This document shows positions 39,307 to 48,886 of a stretch of 64,000 nt of DNA, in pieces. The translations under genes and the position numbers were made by a program. The notes below the pieces were generated by a model. The model did not search any database. It was given only the letters and a program-made list of their open reading frames with translations, and was not told the DNA's origin. Each line of letters begins with the position of its first letter. Position 1 is the first letter of the stretch. Source of the stretch: an uncultured Enterobacteriaceae bacterium (lineage in GTDB: Bacteria > Desulfobacterota > Binatia > Bin18); assembly GCA_964460065.1 (NCBI GenBank), contig CAYWPF010000120.1, forward strand, positions 151 to 64,150, given 5' to 3'.

Positions 39307-39462
39307 CGGCAGAGCCTGCTCCACTTGAGAGAATATACTCATAAATGCCACGGTACATCGGTAACTTATTGTATAGTCCCGGATCTCCCGGTAGGTCTTC
39401 TCCCTCCATTGGAACCCACACCGGAAATTGCCAGCGTATGTCTTAGGCCTGAAGGTTCATGC

Positions 39463-39876
39463 TTAAGAAAATAAGTGAGGCCATTCGCCGTTGACGAGCA
39501 GTGTAATGAATTCGTGGTCTCCCTCGAGGAAGGAATACTCGCATAATTCTCCGACGCGTGCCCACGTAATTCGTTGAAATACATTGTTCTGGAGTTTACC
39601 TTCGTAACTAGATACTCGGAAAAACATTAAGTCAAAAGAAGAGCCACCCAAGTAATCATGTTTCGTGTGGTGAATCTGCTCTTGTATTTCGGCACGTATC
39701 CCGAGTTCTTCCTGAAGTTCACGTTTCAGGCAGGCTCTCCCGTCTTCGCCCGCCTCTACTTTTCCGCCGGGGAATTCCCACTGGAGCGGCCATTTCTTGT
39801 CCATTCGCCGTTGGCAAATGAGGAGGTGCTCCGGCCGAGTGATCAGCCCAATAGCGACCTTTACCAATTCGGTCAT
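39463..39876 (-). CDS. NUDIX hydrolase (MutT-like)
   Basis: Nudix box GGKVEAGEDGRACLKRELQEELG. Confidence 0.8.
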   Translation of the reverse strand: MTELVKVAIGLITRPEHLLICQRRMDKKWPLQWEFPGGKVEAGEDGRACLKRELQEELGIRAEIQEQIHHTKHDYLGGSSFDLMFFRVSSYEGKLQNNVFQRITWARVGELCEYSFLEGDHEFITLLVNGEWPHLFS

Positions 39877-39891
39877 TGAGAATTCTCAGCG

Positions 39892-40725
39892 TCAATTCAA
39901 TTGTGCCAGTGACCGTTGAACGAGGGTCCGGATCTGGCCGGCATCTTTAGCATCAGGCGCGAGTTCTATATATTTCTTGTAATCCTGAACGGCCCCTTGT
40001 ATCTGTCCCAAACGTTGACGAACTGAGCCTCGATCTCGGAACTCGGAAGCTAGATCTGGGGTTACGAGAATTATTCGATCGATAGCGCTAAGGGCTCTTT
40101 GAAAATCACCCTTATGAAGATATACGCCCTTTAAGTTTCGTAGCATCCGGGCCAAAATTTCCTTTTTGCCGGCTGGTTGTAATAGTTCCGGTACCCTTGC
40201 TACGAGGGGGTTGCCTTCACCGTACATGGTCTTCAGTTTCGCAGCCAATTGATCGAACGTGAGAGTGACGCCGCCCATGAATGGGTCAAGTACCGTCTCG
40301 ACTTCATCTCCAACATGTTTTACTAAAAAATGTCCGGGAAATCCGACTCCCACTAGGGATAGTCCTATTAGACGTCCCACTTCGAGATAAATGACGCATA
40401 GGGTAATAGGGATTCCCGTTTTGCGGTCTAAAACCTCGTTTAGAAAGCTATTTTTTGGATCGTAGTAATCTTTGGCGTTGCCGTGCAATCGTTCCTCGAA
40501 AAAGAGTTGGTTATTGAGTGCCTCAATCGTCTCTTCTGGGCTTGCCCCGGCAGGGGTCTTAGAGCGGACGGCGTCGGCGAGCATGGCTAACCGATTCAAG
40601 TAGAAGGAGACATTGAGTTCGGGTTGCTCTTCCTGAGCGATAAGAAGGGCCGCCTCACCTAGATTTAGTTCGTCCTCAGGCCCGGAAACGAGGGTGGTAA
40701 AATGGTCGCGTGCCTTTAAGCTCAT
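39892..40725 (-). CDS. transglutaminase-like + TPR domain protein (SirB1 family)
   Basis: SirB1-like composition; ATG at 40725 preceded by GGGAGG. Confidence 0.6.
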   Translation of the reverse strand: MSLKARDHFTTLVSGPEDELNLGEAALLIAQEEQPELNVSFYLNRLAMLADAVRSKTPAGASPEETIEALNNQLFFEERLHGNAKDYYDPKNSFLNEVLDRKTGIPITLCVIYLEVGRLIGLSLVGVGFPGHFLVKHVGDEVETVLDPFMGGVTLTFDQLAAKLKTMYGEGNPLVARVPELLQPAGKKEILARMLRNLKGVYLHKGDFQRALSAIDRIILVTPDLASEFRDRGSVRQRLGQIQGAVQDYKKYIELAPDAKDAGQIRTLVQRSLAQLN

Positions 40726-40908
40726 GAGAAGACCTCCCTTGTAGAGATTTATAGTGCTAGGAAAAGCCGTGTAGCGCAAGAGCCGACCGAGCGTATGGAA
40801 CCCTGAAAGCGACGTGCGGAAATGCCCGATATTTTGACTTAAAGCCGTTAGTGGCTTATGTGCATATTTCGGAATGTTTCAACGCCAAGGGGATATGGAG
40901 GCCCTTCA

Positions 40909-42189
40909 ATGGAGACAGTGCGCATACCTCGTTATAAGTCCGGCGGTGCTAGTCTGATTTCTTTCAAAACTATCGAATCTGCACACGAGGAAGAGATCAT
41001 TCCTCTTACTGCTGAAGACGGCGGAGAATCGAAAGGAGTACTTTACACCAAGGGCGCCGAGAAGACTGTGGTGTGCCTTATGCACCCACGGGCCGACATG
41101 TCTCGCCATTATGCGGTACCGTACCTTTTGGATGCTGGATATGCAGTCTTTGGCCAGGAGGGACGTTGGCCGGGAAATGACATAGCCTGCATACATGAAA
41201 TGCTGTTAGCCGACGTGGCAGCGGGATTAAAATATCTCCGGGAACACCGTGGGTATCAATCGGTGGTCGTTCTGGGCAACAGTGGCGGTGGGTCGCTGTA
41301 TGCGTTCTATTTGGCGCAAGCGTTTCGGAGTCCACCCGCGCGCTTAAGCACCACGGCGGCTGGCGATGCCTACGATTTAAATCAGATAGCATTGCCAATG
41401 GCGGACGGGATTGTCCTCTTGGCCGCGCACCTAGGCGAAGGCAAGTTTCTTGAAAGGGCGATCGATCCATCCGTGACGGATGAGGGTGATCCCTTGTCGT
41501 GCGATCCCACGTTGGATATGTACAATTCAAAAAACGGCTTTCGAGAGCCGCCCACGCCAAGCGTTTACTCAGCGGCGTTTGGGAAGGAATATAGGGCAGC
41601 ACAGAAGGCACGCGTTGCGCGGATAGACGCGAATGCGCGCGCGTTCGTTGAGGAACAGAATTACTTCCGAGAGATCGCTCGCAGCGAGGAATTGGAGAAT
41701 GCTGCATCTGAGAGGCAAGCATTTATTAGGCGGAGGGCTCTGGTTGGCCGGTACATGGAAATACATCGGACCGAAGCGAACCTTGCGTACACGGACAGTA
41801 CTTTGTCCATGTCCAAACGAGATTACGGTTCCCTGTGGTCCCCACGTCCCGATCTGTTTAATTATACGGAAGCCGGATTTGGGAAATACCAAACGCCGCG
41901 TGCATGGTTAAGTACCTGGTCAGGAATGTCCTCGCGTGCAGCGTTACTAGAGAATATACAGGAGGTTCACCTACCGACACTAGTGCTAAACCACACCGGA
42001 GATCATGCTATTTATCCGGAGGAGGCAGCGGCCGTGTATGCGCAGTCGCCAGCATCGGATAAAGAGGCGGCTAGTGTCGATGCTGATCACTTTGGCTTTT
42101 CCATTGCCGGTGGCACTCGGGCTGGTGGCCGTGACGAGACGATGAGGATTATCGTGGCATGGCTGCAAGCGCGTTATCCCTCGGGTTAG
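40909..42189 (+). CDS. alpha/beta-hydrolase fold protein
   Basis: nucleophile elbow VLGNSGGGSLYA; GGAGG before ATG 40909. Confidence 0.6.
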   Translation: METVRIPRYKSGGASLISFKTIESAHEEEIIPLTAEDGGESKGVLYTKGAEKTVVCLMHPRADMSRHYAVPYLLDAGYAVFGQEGRWPGNDIACIHEMLLADVAAGLKYLREHRGYQSVVVLGNSGGGSLYAFYLAQAFRSPPARLSTTAAGDAYDLNQIALPMADGIVLLAAHLGEGKFLERAIDPSVTDEGDPLSCDPTLDMYNSKNGFREPPTPSVYSAAFGKEYRAAQKARVARIDANARAFVEEQNYFREIARSEELENAASERQAFIRRRALVGRYMEIHRTEANLAYTDSTLSMSKRDYGSLWSPRPDLFNYTEAGFGKYQTPRAWLSTWSGMSSRAALLENIQEVHLPTLVLNHTGDHAIYPEEAAAVYAQSPASDKEAASVDADHFGFSIAGGTRAGGRDETMRIIVAWLQARYPSG

Positions 42190-42269
42190 TATCCACCGGC
42201 CTTTGTTATTGGAGAACGACGGTGGAGTACATGGTCTTTTGATGTGGGTTGAGGTTGTAGTTTGGAGTA

Positions 42270-42734
42270 ATGGGAGTGAGCGTAGATAGAACAAATTTGG
42301 TTGGTAGGGATCTCAAGGTGGTGACCTATACGGTCCGGCGCGACGACGTCGAAGACTTTCTGCCATTGGTACGCTATGGGTCGGTACCCGGAGTTATTGA
42401 GAAGATGGAGGAAAGTGAAACGGCGAGCGAGTTCGTAATACCGCCCTCTTTCGTTCCTTTTGTAGTATGCCTTACTCTCCTCCGTGCCTTCGACTGGGAA
42501 AGGGATTTTTTGTTCCAATACGATACCGGTACCGCCCTGTTTGGCGAACAGGAATTACAATATGGACGACCCTTGGCAATTGGAGACCTGCTCATTGTTC
42601 GGTCCCATATTTCCGATGTATTTCAGAAGCGGGGTAAGAGTCTGTTTGACGTAATTGAAGTACATTTCTCTGGGTCAGACGCAACGAGCCTGCCCGTGTT
42701 TTCTGGCGCTCAGTCGTACCTTTTGTTCGACTAA
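42270..42734 (+). CDS. hotdog-fold protein, HadA-like (non-catalytic dehydratase partner)
   Basis: MaoC N-terminal-like hotdog; paired with the downstream MaoC dehydratase as in HadAB. Confidence 0.55.
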   Translation: MGVSVDRTNLVGRDLKVVTYTVRRDDVEDFLPLVRYGSVPGVIEKMEESETASEFVIPPSFVPFVVCLTLLRAFDWERDFLFQYDTGTALFGEQELQYGRPLAIGDLLIVRSHISDVFQKRGKSLFDVIEVHFSGSDATSLPVFSGAQSYLLFD

Positions 42735-42738
42735 GATT

Positions 42739-43197
42739 ATGGACAGGCGCAACAAAGTTTGGTTCGAAGAAGTTCGTGTGGGCATGGAGATACCGGAAAT
42801 AAGTTACGGGCCAATGGACCGCTCATCTTACGTACGGGTAGCGATCATTCTTAGAGATGTGAACCCGTTGCATTTGGACAGGGAGTATGCCCGGCAGCGT
42901 GGCTTTAACGATGTCGTGCAACAGGGCCCGTTGAATGAAGCGTTCCTTCATCGGTACCTCACGGACTGGTTACACGAACCGTGGGATTTGCGTCGTATCA
43001 AAGTCCGTTTTGTGAATAACGTATTTCCGGGAGATACCTTGAAGTGTAGAGGTACCGTGGTCGGAATCGATAATGTGGCGGGTGAGGGGATTGTGGACTG
43101 CAAATTGTGGCAAGGAAACCAAAAGGACGAAACAATTTTAAGTGGCGACGCGACGTTCATGTTGCCGAAACGAGCAAGACAAGCCGGCGTCTCCTGA
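42739..43197 (+). CDS. MaoC-like (R)-specific enoyl-CoA hydratase / HadB-like dehydratase
   Basis: NPLHLDREYARQRGF...VQQGPL MaoC catalytic motif. Confidence 0.7.
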   Translation: MDRRNKVWFEEVRVGMEIPEISYGPMDRSSYVRVAIILRDVNPLHLDREYARQRGFNDVVQQGPLNEAFLHRYLTDWLHEPWDLRRIKVRFVNNVFPGDTLKCRGTVVGIDNVAGEGIVDCKLWQGNQKDETILSGDATFMLPKRARQAGVS

Positions 43198-43216
43198 GCC
43201 GGTGGTTGATGATCCG

Positions 43217-43810
43217 ATGCGGACAAAGAACGAGTTACGTACGTGTCTGAAAGCGGCTAGGAATAGGCTTCCTAGTAAGGAGGTTCGAAGACGGAGCGTA
43301 GCGCTCGCGACCATATTTTACGGAACGGTAGCCTTTCTATTTACCAGGCGGATAGCCTTATACTACTCAGAGGGTAGTGAGGTACAGACGGATTCAATTT
43401 GGCGGCATTCCACGGGTTGTGGTAAACGGGTCTATTACCCAAAGATTGATACCAGGTCGGATCATATAAATTTCGTTCGCCGTGAGGAAGCTGAATTGCT
43501 TGAGAATGGTCGTTTTGGTATTCCAACGCCACGAGGCACTGAATTGCTTGGCAACGCTAATGAGGCTGACGTTGTGCTAGTACCGGGTCTTGGTTTTGAC
43601 CGAGAGGGCAATAGGCTCGGGAGAGGGCGCGGGTACTATGATCGGGCCCTTTCGGGATCTCTAGAAAAGGCCCTGAAGTTCGGGATAGCCTTCGATGTCC
43701 AGTTAGTCGATAGAATACCGTGTTCCCCCACGGATCAAAAAGTTGATTTTTTGATCACGGAATCGCGGCTGATTTCCTGCAGTCCAAATAAAATTTCTCT
43801 TCGGACCTAA
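43217..43810 (+). CDS. 5-formyltetrahydrofolate cyclo-ligase
   Basis: VLVPGLGFDREGNRLGRGRGYYDR signature. Confidence 0.8.
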   Translation: MRTKNELRTCLKAARNRLPSKEVRRRSVALATIFYGTVAFLFTRRIALYYSEGSEVQTDSIWRHSTGCGKRVYYPKIDTRSDHINFVRREEAELLENGRFGIPTPRGTELLGNANEADVVLVPGLGFDREGNRLGRGRGYYDRALSGSLEKALKFGIAFDVQLVDRIPCSPTDQKVDFLITESRLISCSPNKISLRT

Positions 43811-43871
43811 TGGGCTAGATTTGCCGGTAGGAGTTTGCAGAAACCGGAATATTCAAGAAAGATAAGTAGAT

Positions 43872-45662
43872 ATGAAACCCCTTCGTATAGCTGTTCTCGT
43901 AAAGCAGGTTCCCAAGTTCGAAAAGATGCAACTAGGTCCCGATGGGCGTCTCTTGCGTGAGGGAGTGGAACTCTCGCTAAACCCTTATTGCCAGCGTGCT
44001 GTGAGTAAAGGCGTTGAACTCGCAAAAGTGAGCGGGGGAGTGTGTACTGTCCTGTCTCTTGGGCCACCCGTAGCTGAAGATGTCATCCGCTGGGGAATTG
44101 CGTGGGGGGCGGAAAATGGGATTTTGATTTCAGACCCTTTGTTTGCGGGCTCTGATACCCTTGCCACGGCACGTGCGCTCGCGGCTGCTTTGACAAAAGA
44201 GGGCCCTTTTGACCTAATTCTCGTTGGGAAAAATTCAGTTGATGCGGACACAGGACAGGTCGGTCCTGAGGTCGCCCAAATTTTGGGGTACCCTTTCGCG
44301 TGTGCTGTTCGCACACTTGAAGTTTGTGAGAACTTCTTGAAACTAGGGTGCGAACACGACGATTCTTGGGTTGATGTTGAGGTGACATTGCCTGTTGTTA
44401 TTTCGACTGCAGAACGGCTGTGTGATCCGGCAAAAGTATCCCCAGAAGCTCGAGCAGAGGTGGACGGCTCGAAGGTGCGCGTCCTAAAGGCGCAGGATCT
44501 GGGCAAGGTCGCATTGGGATCCTGGGGTGAGGCCGGAAGTCCGACTTGGGTGGGAGAGACTAAATCGCTGGGTGTAGAACGGACTAATGTGATGCTTGAG
44601 GGCGGGCTACAAAGGCAGGCCGCTGAGGCCGTTTCCCTGATAAACTTGCGGGGTGCTTTGCGCAGATCTGAAAACAGCGGCGAGAATAATGTCGTCGGAG
44701 ACGCTATCACTGACGCTTCTCGGACAATCGTTGTCGTGATGGAGCCCGGCAGGCCAGGAAGCAGTCGAGAATTGCTAGGCGCTGGTGCCCGTATGGCCCG
44801 CACAATCGGGGGAAGGGTGGTAGGCGTAGAAGTTGGGGATACCGATTTGCAACCTTCCAGCGATCTATATTCGTGGGGTGCGGGGGAAGTGATCCGGTTA
44901 GAGGGGTCGGGAGTCGAGGAAGATGTCGCTTGGGCCCTGGCATCGTATTGCGAGGAATTGTGCCCTTGGTGCGTCCTTGCACCTAGCACTTCGTGGGGTA
45001 GGGAAGTCGCATCCCGGGTCGCGGCCGCGTTGGGGGCTGGGTTGACGGGAGATGCGGTGCGCCTAGAAGTTGAGGCTGACAAACTGGTGAGTTGGAAGCC
45101 TGCATTTGGAGGGAGTTTGGTCGCCGCTATACGGACTAAATCGAAAATCCAGATGGCAACGGTCCGTCCTGGCGTTTTGCCCAGATTAATACCGCGGGCA
45201 AAGAGAGTGCCGCGCACCGAGACAATAGAGGTGGAAAACCGCTCGCGCCTCCGAGTTGTGTCGCGCAGGCAGGACGATGAACTTGACGCGTTGGCATTAG
45301 CGAATCGCGTCGTTGGCATCGGCCAGGGAGTTCGGCCAGATTGTTACGAAGAATTAGAACCGCTTTTGCAAGTGTTAGGGGCGGAGTTGGCAGTTACACG
45401 CAAAGTAACGGACAAAGGTTGGATGCCGCACGCACGCCAGGTGGGCATAACAGGAAGGACGATTTCACCGAATCTATACATTGCACTAGCTGTGGGTGGG
45501 AAATTTAACCATTCCTGCGGGATACAATCCTCGGGTACCATATTGGCAATTAACGTCGACAAAGACGCTCCTATTTTCCGTTTTTCTGATATAGGAATAG
45601 TGGCAGACTGGCGGGAGTGCGTGCCCTTGCTTGTAGAGGAATTTAAGCGCATCGCCGAATAG
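43872..45662 (+). CDS. electron transfer flavoprotein, EtfB-EtfA fused single polypeptide
   Basis: N-terminal EtfB-like (IAVLVKQVP...) and C-terminal EtfA FAD-binding region (LYIALAVGGKFNHSCGIQSSGTILAINVDKDAPIF) in one 596-aa ORF. Confidence 0.8.
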   Translation: MKPLRIAVLVKQVPKFEKMQLGPDGRLLREGVELSLNPYCQRAVSKGVELAKVSGGVCTVLSLGPPVAEDVIRWGIAWGAENGILISDPLFAGSDTLATARALAAALTKEGPFDLILVGKNSVDADTGQVGPEVAQILGYPFACAVRTLEVCENFLKLGCEHDDSWVDVEVTLPVVISTAERLCDPAKVSPEARAEVDGSKVRVLKAQDLGKVALGSWGEAGSPTWVGETKSLGVERTNVMLEGGLQRQAAEAVSLINLRGALRRSENSGENNVVGDAITDASRTIVVVMEPGRPGSSRELLGAGARMARTIGGRVVGVEVGDTDLQPSSDLYSWGAGEVIRLEGSGVEEDVAWALASYCEELCPWCVLAPSTSWGREVASRVAAALGAGLTGDAVRLEVEADKLVSWKPAFGGSLVAAIRTKSKIQMATVRPGVLPRLIPRAKRVPRTETIEVENRSRLRVVSRRQDDELDALALANRVVGIGQGVRPDCYEELEPLLQVLGAELAVTRKVTDKGWMPHARQVGITGRTISPNLYIALAVGGKFNHSCGIQSSGTILAINVDKDAPIFRFSDIGIVADWRECVPLLVEEFKRIAE

Positions 45663-45724
45663 CCGGTGAGCCGGAAGCATCTTTCCGTAGGTAGCGGGAC
45701 ATTAACATATCTGGCGAGGAACAA

Positions 45725-46747
45725 ATGGTTGCAAAACCTAAACGTTCACCCTTTATTTCCCCGAATGAGATCTTTGCGGCACTGGATAAAGATCGTCTGC
45801 ATCCTCTGTATTTGTTTCACGGGGATGAACCCTATTTTATAGATAGGGCGGTGACGATCGTTGTAGGGCGCTTCGGGGCGAGTGCGAAGCCTAGGACCTT
45901 TTATGCCGGCGAAGACTCGATCGACGAATTGATGGATTCCTGGAGTACGGAGTCCCTTTTTGCGGAGAAACTCGTGGTCGTCCTAAAGAATGCGACCTTG
46001 TTGAGCGCTAACGAGCGGGAAAGGCTAGTTGCCGCGTCACAATTTCGGGACGGCGACAGACCGCTTGTGGTGTGCGCTTCAGGGAAAGTGAGTCTGGTAC
46101 AGAAGTTTTTCTCAACCTGTCGGGAGCTAGGGTTCGTAGGAGAGTTCCGCAAGCCGTTCCATGCTCATATGAAGGGCTGGGCTCAGCGTATGGCGAAAGA
46201 AAAAGGATTTCGCCTTCAGGGCGAAGCAGCAGCGCTTCTAGCCGACCAGATGGGTGCCGACTTACTAGCCCTGTCAATGGAAATAGATAAAATCGGGGCC
46301 TATGTATTTCCGAACAAAGATATAAGTACCGAAGACGTAGGGGCTGCGGCCGATGACCTCTCCACTTACACGGTTTTTGACCTCGCGGACGCGCTGGGGG
46401 ACCGCAATGCGTCCAAGGCTTTAGCAATTGCACAGAATGTCCATTCAGCCCGAAATTCCGCTATAGGGACGCTTCATGCATTTGTTGCGCATATTCGTAG
46501 GGTATGGCGCGTAAAAGAAATGACGAATGAGAAGGTTCCTAGGGAAAGAATTGAGACGGCGATCGGTGCGCGAGGGCAAAGAGCCAGCTCATTGTTCAGA
46601 CAAAGTCAAAACTTTTCGTTTTCCGAGCTAAGTGGAGTTATTACGGCTGCGCTTGAATTGGACATATCGCTAAAATCTAAGCCCACGCCTCCACGGTTAT
46701 TGTTCGATGAATTCCTTCTCCGTGTGTGTCAGGGACAGGAACGATAA
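45725..46747 (+). CDS. holA: DNA polymerase III subunit delta
   Basis: LYLFHGDEPYFIDRAV N-terminal clamp-loader delta pattern; 340 aa. Confidence 0.65.
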   Translation: MVAKPKRSPFISPNEIFAALDKDRLHPLYLFHGDEPYFIDRAVTIVVGRFGASAKPRTFYAGEDSIDELMDSWSTESLFAEKLVVVLKNATLLSANERERLVAASQFRDGDRPLVVCASGKVSLVQKFFSTCRELGFVGEFRKPFHAHMKGWAQRMAKEKGFRLQGEAAALLADQMGADLLALSMEIDKIGAYVFPNKDISTEDVGAAADDLSTYTVFDLADALGDRNASKALAIAQNVHSARNSAIGTLHAFVAHIRRVWRVKEMTNEKVPRERIETAIGARGQRASSLFRQSQNFSFSELSGVITAALELDISLKSKPTPPRLLFDEFLLRVCQGQER

Positions 46748-46832
46748 TAAAATTAATGCGTTCCAATCGCGTTTCCTATGATGCCACAGGTAACGAAAAA
46801 AATGTTGGTGTTTTGTGCCTGAAAGGCTTAGG

Positions 46833-47582
46833 TCACGTAATGCCCGCTACAACTTGGCCGATGGTATTACCTAGAGCGGGAGTTTTTCGTAGACTAGTAA
46901 TGCTTTCTTTGATGGCTCTTAAGCCGTGCGCAATAACGACCGGGTTGTCTGGGCAGTCGAGTGCCTCGGCGAGACGTATTGCCGCTAGGGTCAAAAAAGG
47001 CTCACTACTTTGCTGGGGGGTATTCTGATCAGTGGGAAAGCTGCCGTATTGTGTAGCCCGTGTATTGTACAGTTGTAGTAGGTCGTGCTGGGTTTCCCTC
47101 TCGTCGTATTCCTCGTTTACCGGACCTTGGTCGTATAGGGTTTCGACGAACACGACCGCAGCTTGCGCTATTAGGGCACTCATAAATGAACGGCGTAGCG
47201 TTTCAGATGCCTCTTGATCCAATCGTTTTGAAAAGGCATCCTGCGCAACCCGATCACTGGTGTGCAAGTACAGCAAGAGAAGTTCCGCGTTAACGGCTTG
47301 GCGTTTGAGATCGGCTGTAAACGGCTCTTTTCCGCTTGCGCTCTCTATTTGCTGGTCCTCGTTCAATCGTGTCCAAGTGTCTCCAGCCAATGTTACGAGC
47401 GTTGAACTGAGGCTCTGTATTGCTCCGGCAATACTAGTATGGGGTCGTTCGGTATTCACTCGAGGATTGTGTTGCTCCGTGGGATCTATAAACCCCGACA
47501 GGCTTACGCCCGAGGACGTCCCGCTGGTGATAGGTGCGGGCTGTCGGGGTTGCGGCGGTGCCTGGTCCTCCCAAGCGACCAC
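46833..47582 (-). CDS. hypothetical protein (249 aa)
   Basis: long ORF with coding-like composition; no family recognised. Confidence 0.45.
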   Translation of the reverse strand: MVAWEDQAPPQPRQPAPITSGTSSGVSLSGFIDPTEQHNPRVNTERPHTSIAGAIQSLSSTLVTLAGDTWTRLNEDQQIESASGKEPFTADLKRQAVNAELLLLYLHTSDRVAQDAFSKRLDQEASETLRRSFMSALIAQAAVVFVETLYDQGPVNEEYDERETQHDLLQLYNTRATQYGSFPTDQNTPQQSSEPFLTLAAIRLAEALDCPDNPVVIAHGLRAIKESITSLRKTPALGNTIGQVVAGIT

Positions 47583-47896
47583 ACGAAACTGCGGTTTAAC
47601 GGCCTAAGAGGCCACCACCTCACTGATCACCAAATTTATTAAAGCCACCAGACCACCCCCTTTCTCGGCGCACCCACTGCGGGTCCAGAATCCGCTTTGC
47701 CAGGAACCGATCGCCGTTACCGGCCCGAGGCTCGGTTCGTTTTGCCCAGCCGTATTGCATAGGCAAAAGCGATGCGGGCGGTGTTAGCCCAACCGAAATA
47801 CTATATTGACTGTACGCTTAAATACCGGGTTCGTCTACATTGTGTTCGATAGGTCTTGCGGAGTTCTCAGCCACAATATATAGACATCTATGGAAC

Positions 47897-48757
47897 ATGC
47901 CGAATTTTCACGCTTTAGCTGTATTTGAAGCAACTGGCCCGTCCACGGAAGAGGTCCAGGAGAACGTTTCCTCCCGTGTCGGTTCAATCAGTCATCAACG
48001 CGTCCGCTATTATGAACATGAGATTAGCGAGGGAGCGGATAATTCCCTCGCTACGAGAGCGGAACTCCACTGCATGGTCTTCGTGGACTGCGATGTTGAC
48101 GCGTATACGGAAGAGAAAGCGCTCGATTTTGCAGGGGATGTTTTCGATAGGATTTCTACCCCTAACTATCAGCACTTGGCCGTGGGTATAATTCCGGGGA
48201 GACCGCGCGTCCGACGCGAGCACCAGGAAGCGAAGAGCGAAGAAAGGTCGTCGGAAACGAGTGCCCGCAAGCCACAAAGAAGGTCACGCGAACTTACTAG
48301 GAAGGAAAGGCCAAGACGGGCCGAGGGAAAGACACCAGAGTCTCGGAACGTTCGGAATGAACCCGATGCTCGGGTAGCCCGGCCTACGAGAAAGACTAGC
48401 AGTAGTAAAAGCGCGGACACGCCCTCATCAACTGATGCGATCGAAGAAATAGGTGTGCCCACTGAACTAGAGGTGGACATGGAGGCATTGACTGTGCAGA
48501 CACCGCCTGCTCGAAGCTCTACTGCCATGCTCGTGACAGTAACGGCGAAACTCAAGGCTTCGGAACTGGATGGATCCGCAGTTCCCGAAGGCCCCTCCAG
48601 CCTCGTTGATCGCGCCATAGAGGAAGCGAGACAGCGTCACCCTGAGGTTCCGCGGGAGATAATGCCTGACGTCAAATCGGATTCTTTGCCGGCGGGGGAA
48701 ACCCTTTTCTCCATCACGTGGAAGTACCCAGCGCCTGTTCCGTCCTCAGAAAACTGA
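47897..48757 (+). CDS. hypothetical protein with N-terminal globular domain and long basic Ser/Arg/Lys-rich disordered region
   Basis: ORF 47840-48757; start uncertain (47840 or 47897); no family recognised. Confidence 0.45.
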   Translation: MPNFHALAVFEATGPSTEEVQENVSSRVGSISHQRVRYYEHEISEGADNSLATRAELHCMVFVDCDVDAYTEEKALDFAGDVFDRISTPNYQHLAVGIIPGRPRVRREHQEAKSEERSSETSARKPQRRSRELTRKERPRRAEGKTPESRNVRNEPDARVARPTRKTSSSKSADTPSSTDAIEEIGVPTELEVDMEALTVQTPPARSSTAMLVTVTAKLKASELDGSAVPEGPSSLVDRAIEEARQRHPEVPREIMPDVKSDSLPAGETLFSITWKYPAPVPSSEN

Positions 48758-48886
48758 ATGTAAGCATCCGCCTGCATCACATAATTTCCGCGTAATACCG
48801 ATCCTATTAGCGGGTTTTGGCTCGCTTTTTTTCTGTTGTCGTGTTACAGGACTCGTCTAACCTGATTCTGAATACGGAGGTCAAGC

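Noticed and set aside
43985-45319. 444-aa minus-strand ORF
   Set aside because: It is antisense to the EtfB-EtfA gene, with Ser/Thr/Arg/Pro-rich low-complexity translation typical of the opposite strand of a GC-rich gene. The same applies to 41078-41722 (-), 25066-25671 (-), 19197-19601 (-) and 22497-22973 (-).
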